The translations under genes and the position numbers were made by a program. From Calditrichaceae bacterium (lineage in GTDB: Bacteria > Calditrichota > Calditrichia > Calditrichales > JBFXGD01): 64,000 bases of DNA. The notes below the pieces were generated by a model. It saw nothing but the letters and a program-made list of their open reading frames with translations. It had not been told where the DNA came from and ran no database searches. The stretch is from assembly GCA_050173015.1 (NCBI GenBank), contig JBFXLE010000020.1, positions 1-64,000 on the forward strand. Direction: 5' to 3'. Shown piece after piece: positions 43,218 to 54,450 of this stretch. Position 1 is the stretch's first letter. The number at the start of each line of letters is the position of its first letter.

Positions 43218-46200
43218 ATGAAAAAAAGCTATTCAGTAATTGCTAAATTTATTGTTAAGGGACGAACCTTTCAATTGGCAGTCGGCGCGGCTCTCATGTT
43301 CTGGCTTTTTGAATCATTAGTGCATGTCGTAATCTTTCATGACGGAGAATTTTGGCAGCAGGTTTTTTCCCCGGTACCGCACGATATCTGGATGAGATCA
43401 CTGGTTGTGGTTTTAGGTGTTACATTTGGCATAAGCAGTCAAATTATGGAAAATTTCAGGAACCGAACCACGCAGATCATAACGGAAAACGAAAAACAAT
43501 ACCGCACACTTTTTGTAAACGCCCCGCTAGGATACCAGTCTCTGAATCAGGATGCTTGTATTTTGCAGGTAAATCAAACCTGGCTCGATAATTTAGGATA
43601 TTCCAGACACGAGGTGCTATTAAAACCCTTTACTGATTTTGTACATCCCCTTTCCAGAGAAAAATTCCAAAATCATTTCATGAAATTTATGGATACAGGT
43701 GTCGGGCAGGAGCTGGAGCTCGATTTGATTCGTAAAGACAATTCAATCATCATAGTCTCCATCAGCGGGAAAATAGTGCATGATGAGGACGGACAAATCA
43801 AGACCCACTGCATATTTAAAAATATCACTCGTCAGAAAGAAGCGGAGAATGCACTGAAAAAAAGTGAAGCACAGCACCGACTTCTTGCTGAAAATGTGAT
43901 GGATGTTATCTGGAAACTCGATTTAAAATATAATCTTACCTATATCAGCCCCTCAGTTTATCACCAGCTCGGGTTTACTGATTTGGAGATAACCGGACAA
44001 AATATAAGGAATTTTCTTCGCCCTTCGGATGTACAAGAAATCGAATTAATGGTTAGCGCAGCCACCTCGAAATTAGAAACAGATATTGAAAAAAAGGTTA
44101 TGGTACGAACTTTAAGTGTGCCCTTAATCCATAAAGACGGAACAAATGTATGGTCGGAAATAAGCGGCAGGCTGATACTGGACGATGAGGGGAAGCCTAC
44201 AGAAATTATAGGAATTTCGCGGGATATTTCGGATCGTGTAAAGGTAGAAGCTGAAGTTAAGAAGTCTGAAGCCAATCTCAGGGCGCTGATCGATCATAGC
44301 AAAAATTCATTTATCCTTATTAATCGAGATAAAACGATAATTTTATTTAATAAGTCGGCGGAAACCAGAATAAAAAATACATGCAGAAGAACATTAAACT
44401 CCGGTGATTCAATTGACGACTATTCATGCAAATATTTTGCAGGATTCGAACCTAATTTCAAAGCCGCGCTTAATGGTAAGCCAAAATCGGTTGAAAGTTA
44501 TTTTGTAAACGACGCCGGCGAAGAGAATTGGTTCGAAATCACTTATACACCCGTCTTTGATGATGAGAAAAAAATAAGTCGGGTTTTGTTTAGCCTCGCG
44601 GATCTGACCTCTATTAAAAAGACAGAAAAAGATTTAAGGCTTTTCAGGCATCTCATTGATCAGTCCACTGAGGCGGTTTTTGTTATGGATCCTTTAACGG
44701 GAAAAGTGCTTGATGTCAATAATAAAGCCGTTGAAAATCTGCAATATACGAGGGAAGAATTTCTGAAATTGAGAGTGACGGATTTTTCTGAAAGAAACAA
44801 TAACTTTGCCAATTATAAAAAGTTAGTAAAAGAGATCAAAGATAAAGGATCAAGAGTCAGAACCGGCCGCCACAAGCGTAAAGACGGTACGACCTACCCT
44901 GTGGAAGTGAGCGGGGCTATTATTAAGGTGGGTAAGAAAGAATATCATATAGCGATTGCCCGTGATATAACTGACCGGCTTGAACTTGAAAAGATTCAAA
45001 AAGAACTTAGCCGGAGAAATCAGTTGATTTTAGAATCAGCGGGTGAAGGTATATTCGGGCTCGATAAGAATGGAATGGTGACATTTGTCAATCCTGCCGC
45101 CATCAGCATGACCGGATACTCCGAAGAGGAATTTCTTGGTCATAGTCATCATAAACTTGTTCACCACCATAAACCAAACGGAGAAGTTTACCACGGTAAC
45201 ACATGTCCCATACAAGCGGCGTACAAGGACGGAAAAATTCATGAAAATTCTGAGGAATATTTTTGGAAAAAAGACGGAACGGGATTTCCTGTTGAATATG
45301 TGAGTACACCGATCTATGAGGATTCGGTTCTGGTCGGCGCGGTGGTCTCGTTTACGGACATTACTGATCGAAAAAAGCACGAAGAGCAAATCACGCGTCT
45401 TGCTTCGGTGTTGGAGCAGTCCAGTGAATCGGTGATTATCATTTCTCCCGATGGGAAAATCAATCATGTGAACCCGGCGTTTATCATATTATCAGGATTT
45501 GAGAATGCTGAAGTGATTGATAAACCCTATGATTTTAATATGGCGGGAGAGCAGTCGCCAATTATTTCCAGAGAGCAAAGAGAGGCGATGAAAAAGGGCA
45601 AAATCTGGAAGGGGCTTGCCACCAGAAGCAAAAAAGACGGATCACAATACTATCTGCAAACTATTTTATTCCCGGTCTATGATTATCAGGGGAACATTAT
45701 AAATTACGCCTGTACTTCACGCGATGTAACAAATGAAAAAAATTTGCAGGAACAATTGTTTCAGGCCCAAAAACTGGAAAGTATCGGTCAGCTGGCGGGC
45801 GGCGTAGCTCATGATTTTAATAATATTCTGAGCGTGATCAATGGATACGCGAGTCTTGGAATGGACGCCATTGGTCAGGGGAATCCTCTTCATAAAAATT
45901 TCGGGCAGATTTTTAAAGCCGGAAAAAGGGCGCAGGCGTTGACCAGCCAGCTGCTGGCCTTCAGCAGAAAGCAGGTTATCCGGCCGCAGACCTTCTCTTG
46001 TAATGAGATCATTCTTGACCTGGAAAAGATGCTTCATCGTTTGATTGGTGAAGATATCGCCATCGAGATGAATCTTTCTGATACGGCCTCGCCGATAAAA
46101 GTGGATAGAGGACAATTTGAACAAATTATTATCAATCTGGTGGTGAATGCCAGAGACGCCATCAATATGAATGAATACAGTTCTAAGGAAAGAAGAATAA

Positions 46201-46910
46201 CGATTGAAACCTCTCTCTCCAATATCGATTCCGAATACTATAAAAATCATGTGGGAGCAGAGACCGGTTATCACACAATGATTGCGGTCAGCGATACAGG
46301 AATAGGAATGGATAAAGAAACCCGGAATAAAATTTTCGAACCCTTTTTCACCACAAAGGAAGCGGGAAAAGGAACCGGGCTGGGCTTGGCCACTGTGTAT
46401 GGAATTATAAAACAGAATGGCGGCAGTATTTTTGTTTACAGTGAGCCCGGAAATGGAACCAGTTTTAAGGTGTTCTGGCCCTGTTCCGATGAAATGGCCA
46501 GGCAGCTTGAAGCAAAGGAAAAAGCAACGCTTAAAGGCGGCAGCGAAACCATTCTGGTTGTTGAAGACGATGCCGATGTGAGGGAGTTCGTCAATCACGC
46601 CTTAACAACCTTTGGTTATAATGTTTTAAATGTCGGGAACGGAGTTGAAGCGATTAAACTTCTCAAAGAATCAACCAGTCATGTTGATCTGGTTTTAACG
46701 GATGTCGTAATGCCGGTAATGGGTGGCAAGGAATTAGGTGAAAAATTAACAGAGCTTCACCCTGATCTAAAATTGCTTTATGCGTCGGGTTACGCTGATA
46801 AGCATATCACACAGGACGGGGTATTGAAAGCCGGAATTAATTTTATCGAAAAACCATACTCCTTAACAGATCTTGGAAACATCGTGCGAAAGATTCTTGA
46901 TGAAAATTAG
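43218..46910 (+). CDS. hybrid multi-PAS sensor histidine kinase/receiver
   Basis: about 6 PAS/PAC repeats, AHDFNN H-box, NARDA, DTGIGM, FTTK..GKGTGLGL, receiver TDVVMP. Confidence 0.93.
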   Translation: MKKSYSVIAKFIVKGRTFQLAVGAALMFWLFESLVHVVIFHDGEFWQQVFSPVPHDIWMRSLVVVLGVTFGISSQIMENFRNRTTQIITENEKQYRTLFVNAPLGYQSLNQDACILQVNQTWLDNLGYSRHEVLLKPFTDFVHPLSREKFQNHFMKFMDTGVGQELELDLIRKDNSIIIVSISGKIVHDEDGQIKTHCIFKNITRQKEAENALKKSEAQHRLLAENVMDVIWKLDLKYNLTYISPSVYHQLGFTDLEITGQNIRNFLRPSDVQEIELMVSAATSKLETDIEKKVMVRTLSVPLIHKDGTNVWSEISGRLILDDEGKPTEIIGISRDISDRVKVEAEVKKSEANLRALIDHSKNSFILINRDKTIILFNKSAETRIKNTCRRTLNSGDSIDDYSCKYFAGFEPNFKAALNGKPKSVESYFVNDAGEENWFEITYTPVFDDEKKISRVLFSLADLTSIKKTEKDLRLFRHLIDQSTEAVFVMDPLTGKVLDVNNKAVENLQYTREEFLKLRVTDFSERNNNFANYKKLVKEIKDKGSRVRTGRHKRKDGTTYPVEVSGAIIKVGKKEYHIAIARDITDRLELEKIQKELSRRNQLILESAGEGIFGLDKNGMVTFVNPAAISMTGYSEEEFLGHSHHKLVHHHKPNGEVYHGNTCPIQAAYKDGKIHENSEEYFWKKDGTGFPVEYVSTPIYEDSVLVGAVVSFTDITDRKKHEEQITRLASVLEQSSESVIIISPDGKINHVNPAFIILSGFENAEVIDKPYDFNMAGEQSPIISREQREAMKKGKIWKGLATRSKKDGSQYYLQTILFPVYDYQGNIINYACTSRDVTNEKNLQEQLFQAQKLESIGQLAGGVAHDFNNILSVINGYASLGMDAIGQGNPLHKNFGQIFKAGKRAQALTSQLLAFSRKQVIRPQTFSCNEIILDLEKMLHRLIGEDIAIEMNLSDTASPIKVDRGQFEQIIINLVVNARDAINMNEYSSKERRITIETSLSNIDSEYYKNHVGAETGYHTMIAVSDTGIGMDKETRNKIFEPFFTTKEAGKGTGLGLATVYGIIKQNGGSIFVYSEPGNGTSFKVFWPCSDEMARQLEAKEKATLKGGSETILVVEDDADVREFVNHALTTFGYNVLNVGNGVEAIKLLKESTSHVDLVLTDVVMPVMGGKELGEKLTELHPDLKLLYASGYADKHITQDGVLKAGINFIEKPYSLTDLGNIVRKILDEN

Positions 46911-46911
46911 T

Positions 46912-48138
46912 TTATTTTGAAATGCCGGTGACGATACCCGAGATATCCCTGCCGGACGGGTTTTGATAAATTTGAAGATCAAACTGCGGCACTACCGCGA
47001 GAATATGATCAAAAATATCGGCCTGAATCGCTTCATAATTTTGCCAGACAATATCATTGGTGAAGACGTAAATTTCTATAGGCAATCCGGTCGGCCCGGG
47101 TGGAAGCTGCCGCACCATGCTGGTCAGTTCCTGGTTAACCTTAGGGTGCCGTTTTAGATAGGCCTCAATATAGGCTCTGAAGGTACCGATGTTTGTCATC
47201 CGCCGGCCATTCACCAGCCGGTCGTTTTCAATATGATATTTTTTGTTATATTCCGCCAGTTCCTGCTTTTTCCTTCTGATGTAATCTGTAATTAACTGAA
47301 ATTCTTCAAAACGGCGGATCATTTCTTCATCACAAAATTTTATGGTATTAAGATCGATATAAACCGCTCGTTTGATCCTCCGGCCTCCGGCCTGTTTCAT
47401 CCCGCGCCAGTTTTTAAAACTGTCTTCAACCAATTTATGGGTGGGAATAACCGTGATCGTTTTATCCCAATTCTGAATTTTCACCGTGTGCAGAGCGAGA
47501 TCAATGACATCTCCATCCGCTCCGTATTTTGGCATCTCGATCCAGTCGCCGATATGGACAAGATCATAACTCGATATTTGCAGACTCGCTACAAATGAAA
47601 GAATAGTATCTCTGAAAATCAATAATATGACGGCGGTCAGAGCGCCTACCCCGCCTAAAATGGTCCATGGTGACTGCCCTGATAATAATCCGATGATAAA
47701 TATGATGGCGATGATGTAAATAAAAATATTGGTGATCTGAATGTATCCCTTTATGGGACGCTCTTTTGCTGTGGGAAGATTTTCATAATAACGGTTAAGG
47801 ACGCTAAGAAAGGCCGTCAGGCTTAAAACAAAGACCCAGATTAGCAAAACCTGACTCACGCTTACAAGAACTCCGGATAATTTTGGAAACAAAAATGCCA
47901 GGTTGTAAACAACAAGAATCGGGACAATATATGAAATCTTTTTTAATATATTGCTTTCAAGAAGCACATCATCCAACTGTGTTTTGGTTTTCCGGATAAT
48001 TTGTTCAGCGAACCGCAGTAAAATTCTGGCTACGATCACGTATGAGATAAAACTTAATAAACCTACACCGGCGGCAACCATCAGATCTGAAACCACTGGA
48101 TACGCGGCGTGGAAAATCTTCAATCTTTCAAAAAACAT
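46912..48138 (-). CDS. small-conductance mechanosensitive channel (YbdG/MscM-like)
   Basis: GDWIEMPKYGADG, VKIQNWDKTIT.IPT, NWRGM...GGRRIKR. Confidence 0.9.
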   Translation of the reverse strand: MFFERLKIFHAAYPVVSDLMVAAGVGLLSFISYVIVARILLRFAEQIIRKTKTQLDDVLLESNILKKISYIVPILVVYNLAFLFPKLSGVLVSVSQVLLIWVFVLSLTAFLSVLNRYYENLPTAKERPIKGYIQITNIFIYIIAIIFIIGLLSGQSPWTILGGVGALTAVILLIFRDTILSFVASLQISSYDLVHIGDWIEMPKYGADGDVIDLALHTVKIQNWDKTITVIPTHKLVEDSFKNWRGMKQAGGRRIKRAVYIDLNTIKFCDEEMIRRFEEFQLITDYIRRKKQELAEYNKKYHIENDRLVNGRRMTNIGTFRAYIEAYLKRHPKVNQELTSMVRQLPPGPTGLPIEIYVFTNDIVWQNYEAIQADIFDHILAVVPQFDLQIYQNPSGRDISGIVTGISK

Positions 48139-48297
48139 TTCTTCTCCCGGGTAAACAAACTCTCAGGCAGCTTTGGCTCATTAAATGTGACGCGTTGAAT
48201 CACCGGCCGCCGAATGTAATCAAATTACGTTTAATATAAGACACACAGGATATACAACTCAAATTGAAATTAGACCGCGAAGGAAGACACCATGAAC

Positions 48298-48332
48298 AAA
48301 AAAACCGGTGAATGAAAGGTCACCGGTTTTTT
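48298..48332 (-). terminator. intrinsic terminator (potentially bidirectional)
   Basis: aaaaaaaccggtg...caccggtttttt. Confidence 0.75.
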
Positions 48333-48378
48333 CACATTGTTAAAAAATTAAAAATAGAAGAAAATAGAAAAATACTAT

Positions 48379-48999
48379 CTAAAACTGATAGCTTAATCCT
48401 AATTTTGCGGGCTCAGCAATAACTCTTACCCTTTCCAGAGCAAAATAGGTATTCACAACTCCGGCAATAAGAAAAGAGTAACCAAGAAACTTTTTTCTGC
48501 TTTTTTCGCTTCTAAGCGTTGAATAATCGGCATTGGGATTCGGCTCACCGGCAATATCCAGTTGGTCTTCTTTTAAGATCTCTATTTTATCATCTATTTC
48601 GCCGGCTCTTTTAAAGCAGTCATAACTTATACCAAACGCTACAAAACTTAGTGAAATGAGTTTAAGGTGCGGGTACTCATATTTACTTTGTTGTGAAATA
48701 TTTAAATCGGGTACAACCGGTTGAGTAAGCTCCTTTTTTGTCAATGAAGCGATGGCCTCGCCGTGTTCAAGAATCTTTGATGTCTCATCATAATTTATTT
48801 TGCTTTCCACAATTTTATCGATTTCTGCCTTTTCAAATGTGTGCAGTGAGAGATCCGCGGCGGCGACTACAATGTTTTCATCATCAGATTCCAGCAAATT
48901 TACATTAACCATGACTCTTCCATCTTTAAAATGGATTTCATCGGCAAGGGAAAATCCGGCCAGCCCCAAAACCAGAATCAGTAAAATCAGCTTTTTCAC
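48379..48999 (-). CDS. hypothetical secreted/outer-membrane protein
   Basis: GTG start after GGAGGT; signal peptide KKLILL...LA-DEI; ends in SYQF. Confidence 0.6.
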   Translation of the reverse strand: MKKLILLILVLGLAGFSLADEIHFKDGRVMVNVNLLESDDENIVVAAADLSLHTFEKAEIDKIVESKINYDETSKILEHGEAIASLTKKELTQPVVPDLNISQQSKYEYPHLKLISLSFVAFGISYDCFKRAGEIDDKIEILKEDQLDIAGEPNPNADYSTLRSEKSRKKFLGYSFLIAGVVNTYFALERVRVIAEPAKLGLSYQF

Positions 49000-49217
49000 A
49001 ATGATACCTCCACAATTTTGTAAAAATTTTTGTGTAACAAAACGAATCACTACAGACAGCACTTGCAAATCAATATAAATAATGATTGTAATGAGGATTA
49101 AAATTGTGTTGAGATATTTTATCAACAAAAAAGTCTGCCTGTGACGCTATAAAAGTATCCATCGAAAAAAATAGAATCAAGAAAAATTAAATTTAGTGGC
49201 CGCTAAGGTGCGAAAAT

Positions 49218-50042
49218 TTAAATATCAGAAGATAATTTTTTGAATTCCCCGGTTATATTCCGGTTACTATACTGAACAGGACAATCGCATCTTTTCTTAA
49301 TGAGCTCAATCACCTTAACATCATCAGGATAGTACGGCTCAATGAATCCACGGTCATTACTCCAGCTGTTACCGTCGGCAAATGTAATTTTATAGATCAC
49401 ATTTTTGGCAACGGTAACGAGAGACGAATGTTCAATTTCCTGAGCTTCAACCGTACTGATCTGCTCATAACTGTATTTTTCAGATCCTATCTGAAAAAAT
49501 TTACTCATTTCGACGGAATCATGGTTGAACGCCAGATAGGTGTTTTGTACCAAAAAGATATAAATCAAGCTCAGGGTTGTGGCCAGATAAGCCCCATATC
49601 TTAAAATTTTAAGATTATCGCAGCAGAACCGGTCATTTAAATACATTACAAATTCTTCGTACTGATTTTTCATGACAGATTTCAGGAGAAAAAGTGTGAG
49701 ATAAATTGCCGTAACCATTGCCATTAATGACGCCGGTATTCTCAACACGGCTTTTGGGGGGTGAACGATAAACTGACTTGTATCAAATTTGAGCAATGAT
49801 TGAGAAACATATGTTTCCAGTAAAATCCGCCAGGGATAGAAGCATACCAGGATGAAAAACACCAGAGAAATAAGGGTGATTCTTTCCCAGAATTTGTATC
49901 TCTTTTTGAGGTGATATGAAATATTGGGTATATAAACACCTTTTTGGGGTTGGTTACGAACAGGATATAGCTGATGATATGAAAAATGAATCAGCGAAAA
50001 TGATACTACTATTAAGACCAGACCTAACAGGAAATAGTTCAT
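49218..50042 (-). CDS. hypothetical membrane protein
   Basis: 274-aa ORF with about 4 hydrophobic segments. Confidence 0.6.
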   Translation of the reverse strand: MNYFLLGLVLIVVSFSLIHFSYHQLYPVRNQPQKGVYIPNISYHLKKRYKFWERITLISLVFFILVCFYPWRILLETYVSQSLLKFDTSQFIVHPPKAVLRIPASLMAMVTAIYLTLFLLKSVMKNQYEEFVMYLNDRFCCDNLKILRYGAYLATTLSLIYIFLVQNTYLAFNHDSVEMSKFFQIGSEKYSYEQISTVEAQEIEHSSLVTVAKNVIYKITFADGNSWSNDRGFIEPYYPDDVKVIELIKKRCDCPVQYSNRNITGEFKKLSSDI

Positions 50043-50159
50043 CTGTTAATCTCTTCACTAGTTTATTTCTTACTATATATCATTATCGACATTCTGTGAA
50101 ATAACTTATATAAAAAAAATATTATTCTCCGGTTGATGAAATTTCGACAGCGTAAAAAT

Positions 50160-50197
50160 AAAAAAAATCCCTGCCGTTAATAATAAACAGCAGGGAT
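50160..50197 (-). terminator. intrinsic terminator after lgt
   Basis: atccctgc...gcagggat hairpin with A run (U tail on minus strand). Confidence 0.7.
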
Positions 50198-50212
50198 ATA
50201 TGACAATATCAC

Positions 50213-51013
50213 TTACGCGCCAGGTTTCCTATCCCCCGGCACTAATTTTTTCCCGGCCCGGATAAGAAGATAAATTCCAAGTATAATAAGCGGAATACTC
50301 AGCAGCTGTCCCATATTGAGAAGCATTCCCTGTTCAAATGCCGACTGGTCTTCCTTTAAAAATTCAATAAAAAACCTGAACCCGAATATAAATATCAGAA
50401 ACCACCCAAGGAGAGAACCCGATGCTGTTTTTTCCTTTTTTGCCTGATATAGCTTATAAAGAAAAACAAAAATAAGCAGATAAGCCAGCGCTTCATAAAT
50501 TTGCGCCGGATGCCTCGGGATCATATCTACTTTTACAAATATGAATGACCAGGGCAGATCGGTTGGCCTGCCGATGATTTCAGAATTAAATAAATTGCCC
50601 GTACGGATAAAGAATCCGGCCAACGCTACCGTTATGACTACGCGGTCAACGATCCACAGATAGGAATAAGCCGGTTTTTTTTTAATAAATAAAAAAAGCG
50701 CGGTTAAAATTCCGATAGCGGCTCCGTGACTGGCAAGGCCGCCTTTCCAGACTTTTAATATTTCAATTGGATTGCTCAGATAATAACCCGGATCATAAAA
50801 TAAGCAGTGACCGAGCCTCGCTCCGATGATGGTACCGAAAAGCATGTACATCAATAATTCATCAAGATCGGCAATCGGTTTTTTCTCCTGATCGAAAATC
50901 CTTTTCATGATGTACAGGCCCACTACAAAGGAAGCCATGAATAATAAACTGTACCAGCGAATGGCGAAAATACCAATCCTGAAAATTTCAGGATCCACAT
51001 CCCATCTGACCAT
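50213..51013 (-). CDS. lgt: prolipoprotein diacylglyceryl transferase
   Basis: IRWYS, GARLGHCLFY, GGLASHG, R.GNLFNSEI.G, RHPAQIYEA. Confidence 0.95.
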   Translation of the reverse strand: MVRWDVDPEIFRIGIFAIRWYSLLFMASFVVGLYIMKRIFDQEKKPIADLDELLMYMLFGTIIGARLGHCLFYDPGYYLSNPIEILKVWKGGLASHGAAIGILTALFLFIKKKPAYSYLWIVDRVVITVALAGFFIRTGNLFNSEIIGRPTDLPWSFIFVKVDMIPRHPAQIYEALAYLLIFVFLYKLYQAKKEKTASGSLLGWFLIFIFGFRFFIEFLKEDQSAFEQGMLLNMGQLLSIPLIILGIYLLIRAGKKLVPGDRKPGA

Positions 51014-51045
51014 GATGATCCTTTCAAACAAAAATAATTAGAAAA

Positions 51046-53214
51046 TTAAATTCCGGTTCCAATCCCCATTTCATCCAGAAGATGTTGAGCCCCGGCAAAT
51101 TTTTGAGTTATCCACAATACATACCTGATATCCACACCAATGGAACGGCTGTAGGACTCACTCCAGGCGAAGTCATTGATCGTCGCTTCAAAAGTACGGT
51201 CAAAGTTGATCCCGACCATTTCTCCGTTTGTGTTCAGAATCGGGCTGCCTGAATTGCCGCCGGTGGTGTCCATGTTGTATAAAATCGCTACCGGCACATT
51301 ATTAAGAGCCTTGTGTTTAAATTGTCCAAAATCGCGTTTTCTGTGAAGCTCTACAATTTTTTGGGGAATATCAAAAGGTTCTTCTCCCGTGTTTTTTTCA
51401 ATAACACCCGTCAATGATGTAATCGGGCTATTGTAAACGGCGTCCGCGGGTGAGTATCCCCGAATTCTTCCATAGGTGAGGCGCAAAGTGCTGTTCGCGT
51501 CCGGTATAAATTCCTGATCAAAATATAATTTTCGCGCTTCTGTCAGTTTCGCGGAAAGCTCTCTTATGGCACCTGCGCGATTTCGGTTTATTTCTTTGAG
51601 CTCATCATGTTCCGGCTGAAGATCCACTACCAATTTAATAAAGGGATCACTCGATTTTTTGAGTTCGCCTTCTGTTTGGGTGAAAAGTTTTTCCAGATAT
51701 TTTCTGTTATTCAGTTCAGATTTTTTGTAAGCCGAATTGATAAACTTATCAATGGATTTCTCCGGGTTTTTTGATCCCGTGATCCTTTTTAGGCCTTTGA
51801 TTTGCTGGTCTCCCGGCAGAGCAGCCGCCTTTAGAAGCATTTCTTTTAAGACGGACTTATCGGTGAGTTCATAATAATCGGCGGATGCCTGTAAGATTCT
51901 GGCTTTCGTTCGGTCAAAATTTCGGTCCATATAAGCTGATTCACGTTCAACATCCGGTTTTTCCCGCTCGACGGCTGACTGATAAACGGTGTTGGCGAAA
52001 TTCATCATGTTGACGTTTCTAACCAGATAATAAAGAATCATTTCTCTGTCAGCCGTTTCCCTTTTCTCATTATAAACTTTGCCGATATCCTGTAATACGG
52101 TCCCGAATTTTTCTTTACGGCCGGCATCCGCATTGATAAATTCCTGAAGATGTTTTTCTTCTTCCCGTTTTTTGTCCACAAGGCTGAGCCGATTCATCCC
52201 CTGGAGCTTTCCCCGGTAATTTTTTTCAGTATTGGCGAGGCCTTTGATACGGGCAAGGTGTTTTAAGGCAACGGCCCGGTCATTTTTGCCGATTTCTTTC
52301 ATGAGACTTATTTGCCACTGATACCAGTCAACCACGAAAGGCATGCGAACTGCCTGTTCATAAGCCAGGAAATGCGAACTGCGGTGCCGGTATGTGCGTC
52401 CGGGATATCCGAGAATAAAAACAAAATCTTCTTCATCTACGCCATCGGCGGATGCCTGAAGATACTTTTTAGGGGTATAGGGAATGTTGTTTTCCGAATA
52501 ATCAGCCGGAGAACCATCCGGCGCCACATACGCTCTCATATATGAAAAATCCGCGTTGTGCCGGGGCCATTCCCAATTGTCGATATCCCCGCCGAACTCT
52601 CCTATGGAGCGTGGAGGGATGTAAACCATACGCACATCTTTCACATAAGTATAAACGAACAGGATATAGGTTTTGCCGATAAACATTTCAGAAACTTCCG
52701 CCCGTTTCCCGGGATATTCAGCTTCGGTTTCCGCAACAATTTCCTTCATTCTTTTTTCTACGGCTTTTGTTTTTTCGGCCAGTTCCATTTCCCCGGTAAC
52801 GACACTCAGCACCTCATCAGAAACATCCTTATACCAATCGGTAATTCGGACCGTATAACCCTTGGCCGGGAGTTCTTTTGATCGATCTTCGGCTAAAAAC
52901 CCGTTTTTTATATAATCATTGTCCTTAGTGCTGGCAGCCTGCGCGGCGCGATAAGCGCAATGATGGTTTGTAAGAATCAATCCTTCCGGAGAGACGAATG
53001 AACCTGTACAGCCGCTTATATTGACAACAGCGTCAATGAGGCTCACTCCATTCTCATTATAAATTTCCAAAGGATCGATGGTCAACCCTTTTTTGTTCAA
53101 ATCCAGGCTTTGTATCTCGCTCAACGGCAACATTCCTTCATCGGGAGATGCCGAATATGCAAAATTGACCGTTAAAATGATAGAAATCAAAAAAGGAAAA
53201 ATCCGATATGTCAT
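51046..53214 (-). CDS. S46 family dipeptidyl peptidase (DPP7/DPP11-like)
   Basis: DEGM, GCTGSFVS..GL.LTNHHC, NWEWPRH, PDANSTLRLTYG, TTGGNSGSP. Confidence 0.92.
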   Translation of the reverse strand: MTYRIFPFLISIILTVNFAYSASPDEGMLPLSEIQSLDLNKKGLTIDPLEIYNENGVSLIDAVVNISGCTGSFVSPEGLILTNHHCAYRAAQAASTKDNDYIKNGFLAEDRSKELPAKGYTVRITDWYKDVSDEVLSVVTGEMELAEKTKAVEKRMKEIVAETEAEYPGKRAEVSEMFIGKTYILFVYTYVKDVRMVYIPPRSIGEFGGDIDNWEWPRHNADFSYMRAYVAPDGSPADYSENNIPYTPKKYLQASADGVDEEDFVFILGYPGRTYRHRSSHFLAYEQAVRMPFVVDWYQWQISLMKEIGKNDRAVALKHLARIKGLANTEKNYRGKLQGMNRLSLVDKKREEEKHLQEFINADAGRKEKFGTVLQDIGKVYNEKRETADREMILYYLVRNVNMMNFANTVYQSAVEREKPDVERESAYMDRNFDRTKARILQASADYYELTDKSVLKEMLLKAAALPGDQQIKGLKRITGSKNPEKSIDKFINSAYKKSELNNRKYLEKLFTQTEGELKKSSDPFIKLVVDLQPEHDELKEINRNRAGAIRELSAKLTEARKLYFDQEFIPDANSTLRLTYGRIRGYSPADAVYNSPITSLTGVIEKNTGEEPFDIPQKIVELHRKRDFGQFKHKALNNVPVAILYNMDTTGGNSGSPILNTNGEMVGINFDRTFEATINDFAWSESYSRSIGVDIRYVLWITQKFAGAQHLLDEMGIGTGI

Positions 53215-53427
53215 CTTAAATTCCCCTATGTAAATGCTCAAAAATTCTACGGATATATTTCTGTCAATCAAAATCTAAATTAATGCAAAAGCATCGAGCA
53301 TTCAAATCATTCTGGCTGATCTAATTTTATAAATAAATCTTGTTACTCATTTCATCTCTCATTAGTTTACTTATTAATATTGAATAATAGAAAATCAAAT
53401 TCATATAATTCTAAAAGGGGGTTGAAA

Positions 53428-53931
53428 ATGTTAAGTAAAAGTATGTTAACGATACTAAATGAACAGATTAAAAATGAATTGTATTCTGAATATTTCTACT
53501 TATCCATGTCCACGTATTGTGAATCGATTGATTTTCCGGGCATGGCAAACTTCATGCAGGTCAAGAGCCAGGAAGAACGCTCTCACGGGATGAAGATTTA
53601 TGATTATATTCATGACAGAGACGGACGCGTGACCTTGTTGGCCATTCCTCAGCCGCCGTCAATATTTAAATCGATTATAGATATGTTCACCCAGGTTTTG
53701 AAACACGAAGAGGAAATAACCAAATCGATTTATAATATTTATGAGCTGGCGACCAAGGAAAATGATTATGCCACGCAGGTTGAAATGCAGTGGTTTATCA
53801 AAGAGCAGGTAGAAGAAGAAAAACAGGCCAGAGATATCATACAACAGCTTAAACTTATCGGTGATAACGAGTCGGCGCTATATATGTTTGACAAAGAAAT
53901 GGGCGCGACAAAATTTGTTCCTGAGGTCTAA
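53428..53931 (+). CDS. ftnA: non-heme ferritin
   Basis: NEQIKNELYS..YLSMS, EERSH, QWFIKEQVEEE ferroxidase residues. Confidence 0.9.
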   Translation: MLSKSMLTILNEQIKNELYSEYFYLSMSTYCESIDFPGMANFMQVKSQEERSHGMKIYDYIHDRDGRVTLLAIPQPPSIFKSIIDMFTQVLKHEEEITKSIYNIYELATKENDYATQVEMQWFIKEQVEEEKQARDIIQQLKLIGDNESALYMFDKEMGATKFVPEV

Positions 53932-54377
53932 TGAGTTCTAATCCGGAATATAGTGATGGCGACTTCCTGATCAGCGCGGACAAATCGAAACTGAATCTTA
54001 AAGTAATTCATGGCTTCCTGAGCAGGTCGTATTGGGCAGAAGGAATCACGCGGGATCTGGTACAAAAATCAATGGATCATTCATTTTGTTTCGGTGTTTA
54101 TCATAAAAACGAGCAGATTGGTTTCGCGAGAATTATAAGTGATTTCACTACGTTTGCCTATCTTGCCGATGTGTTTATTCTGGAAGATTTTCGCGGGAAA
54201 GGCCTTTCAAAACAGCTGATGGATTTCATACTGAGTCACCCGGATTTACAAAGGCTGAGAAAGTGGCTGCTCGCCACCCGTGACGCCCATGGATTGTATG
54301 AAAAGTATGGTTTCCGGGAGCTGAAAAATCCCGGCTATATGATGGAGCTTCATAATCCGGATTACTTAAAGAAATAA
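53931..54377 (+). CDS. GNAT family N-acetyltransferase
   Basis: SYWA, QIGFARIISD, RGKGL, LATRDAHGLY. Confidence 0.9.
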   Translation: MSSNPEYSDGDFLISADKSKLNLKVIHGFLSRSYWAEGITRDLVQKSMDHSFCFGVYHKNEQIGFARIISDFTTFAYLADVFILEDFRGKGLSKQLMDFILSHPDLQRLRKWLLATRDAHGLYEKYGFRELKNPGYMMELHNPDYLKK

Positions 54378-54450
54378 TTCTAAACGATTTAACAAAACCG
54401 GTTAATAATGAAATTTTAGGGATTCCGTTATCAAAAGCGGAGTCCTTTTT

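Noticed and set aside
45717-46598. 293-aa antisense ORF, and similar antisense/overlapping ORFs throughout the track
   Set aside because: Shadow frames of well-supported genes on the other strand or frame.
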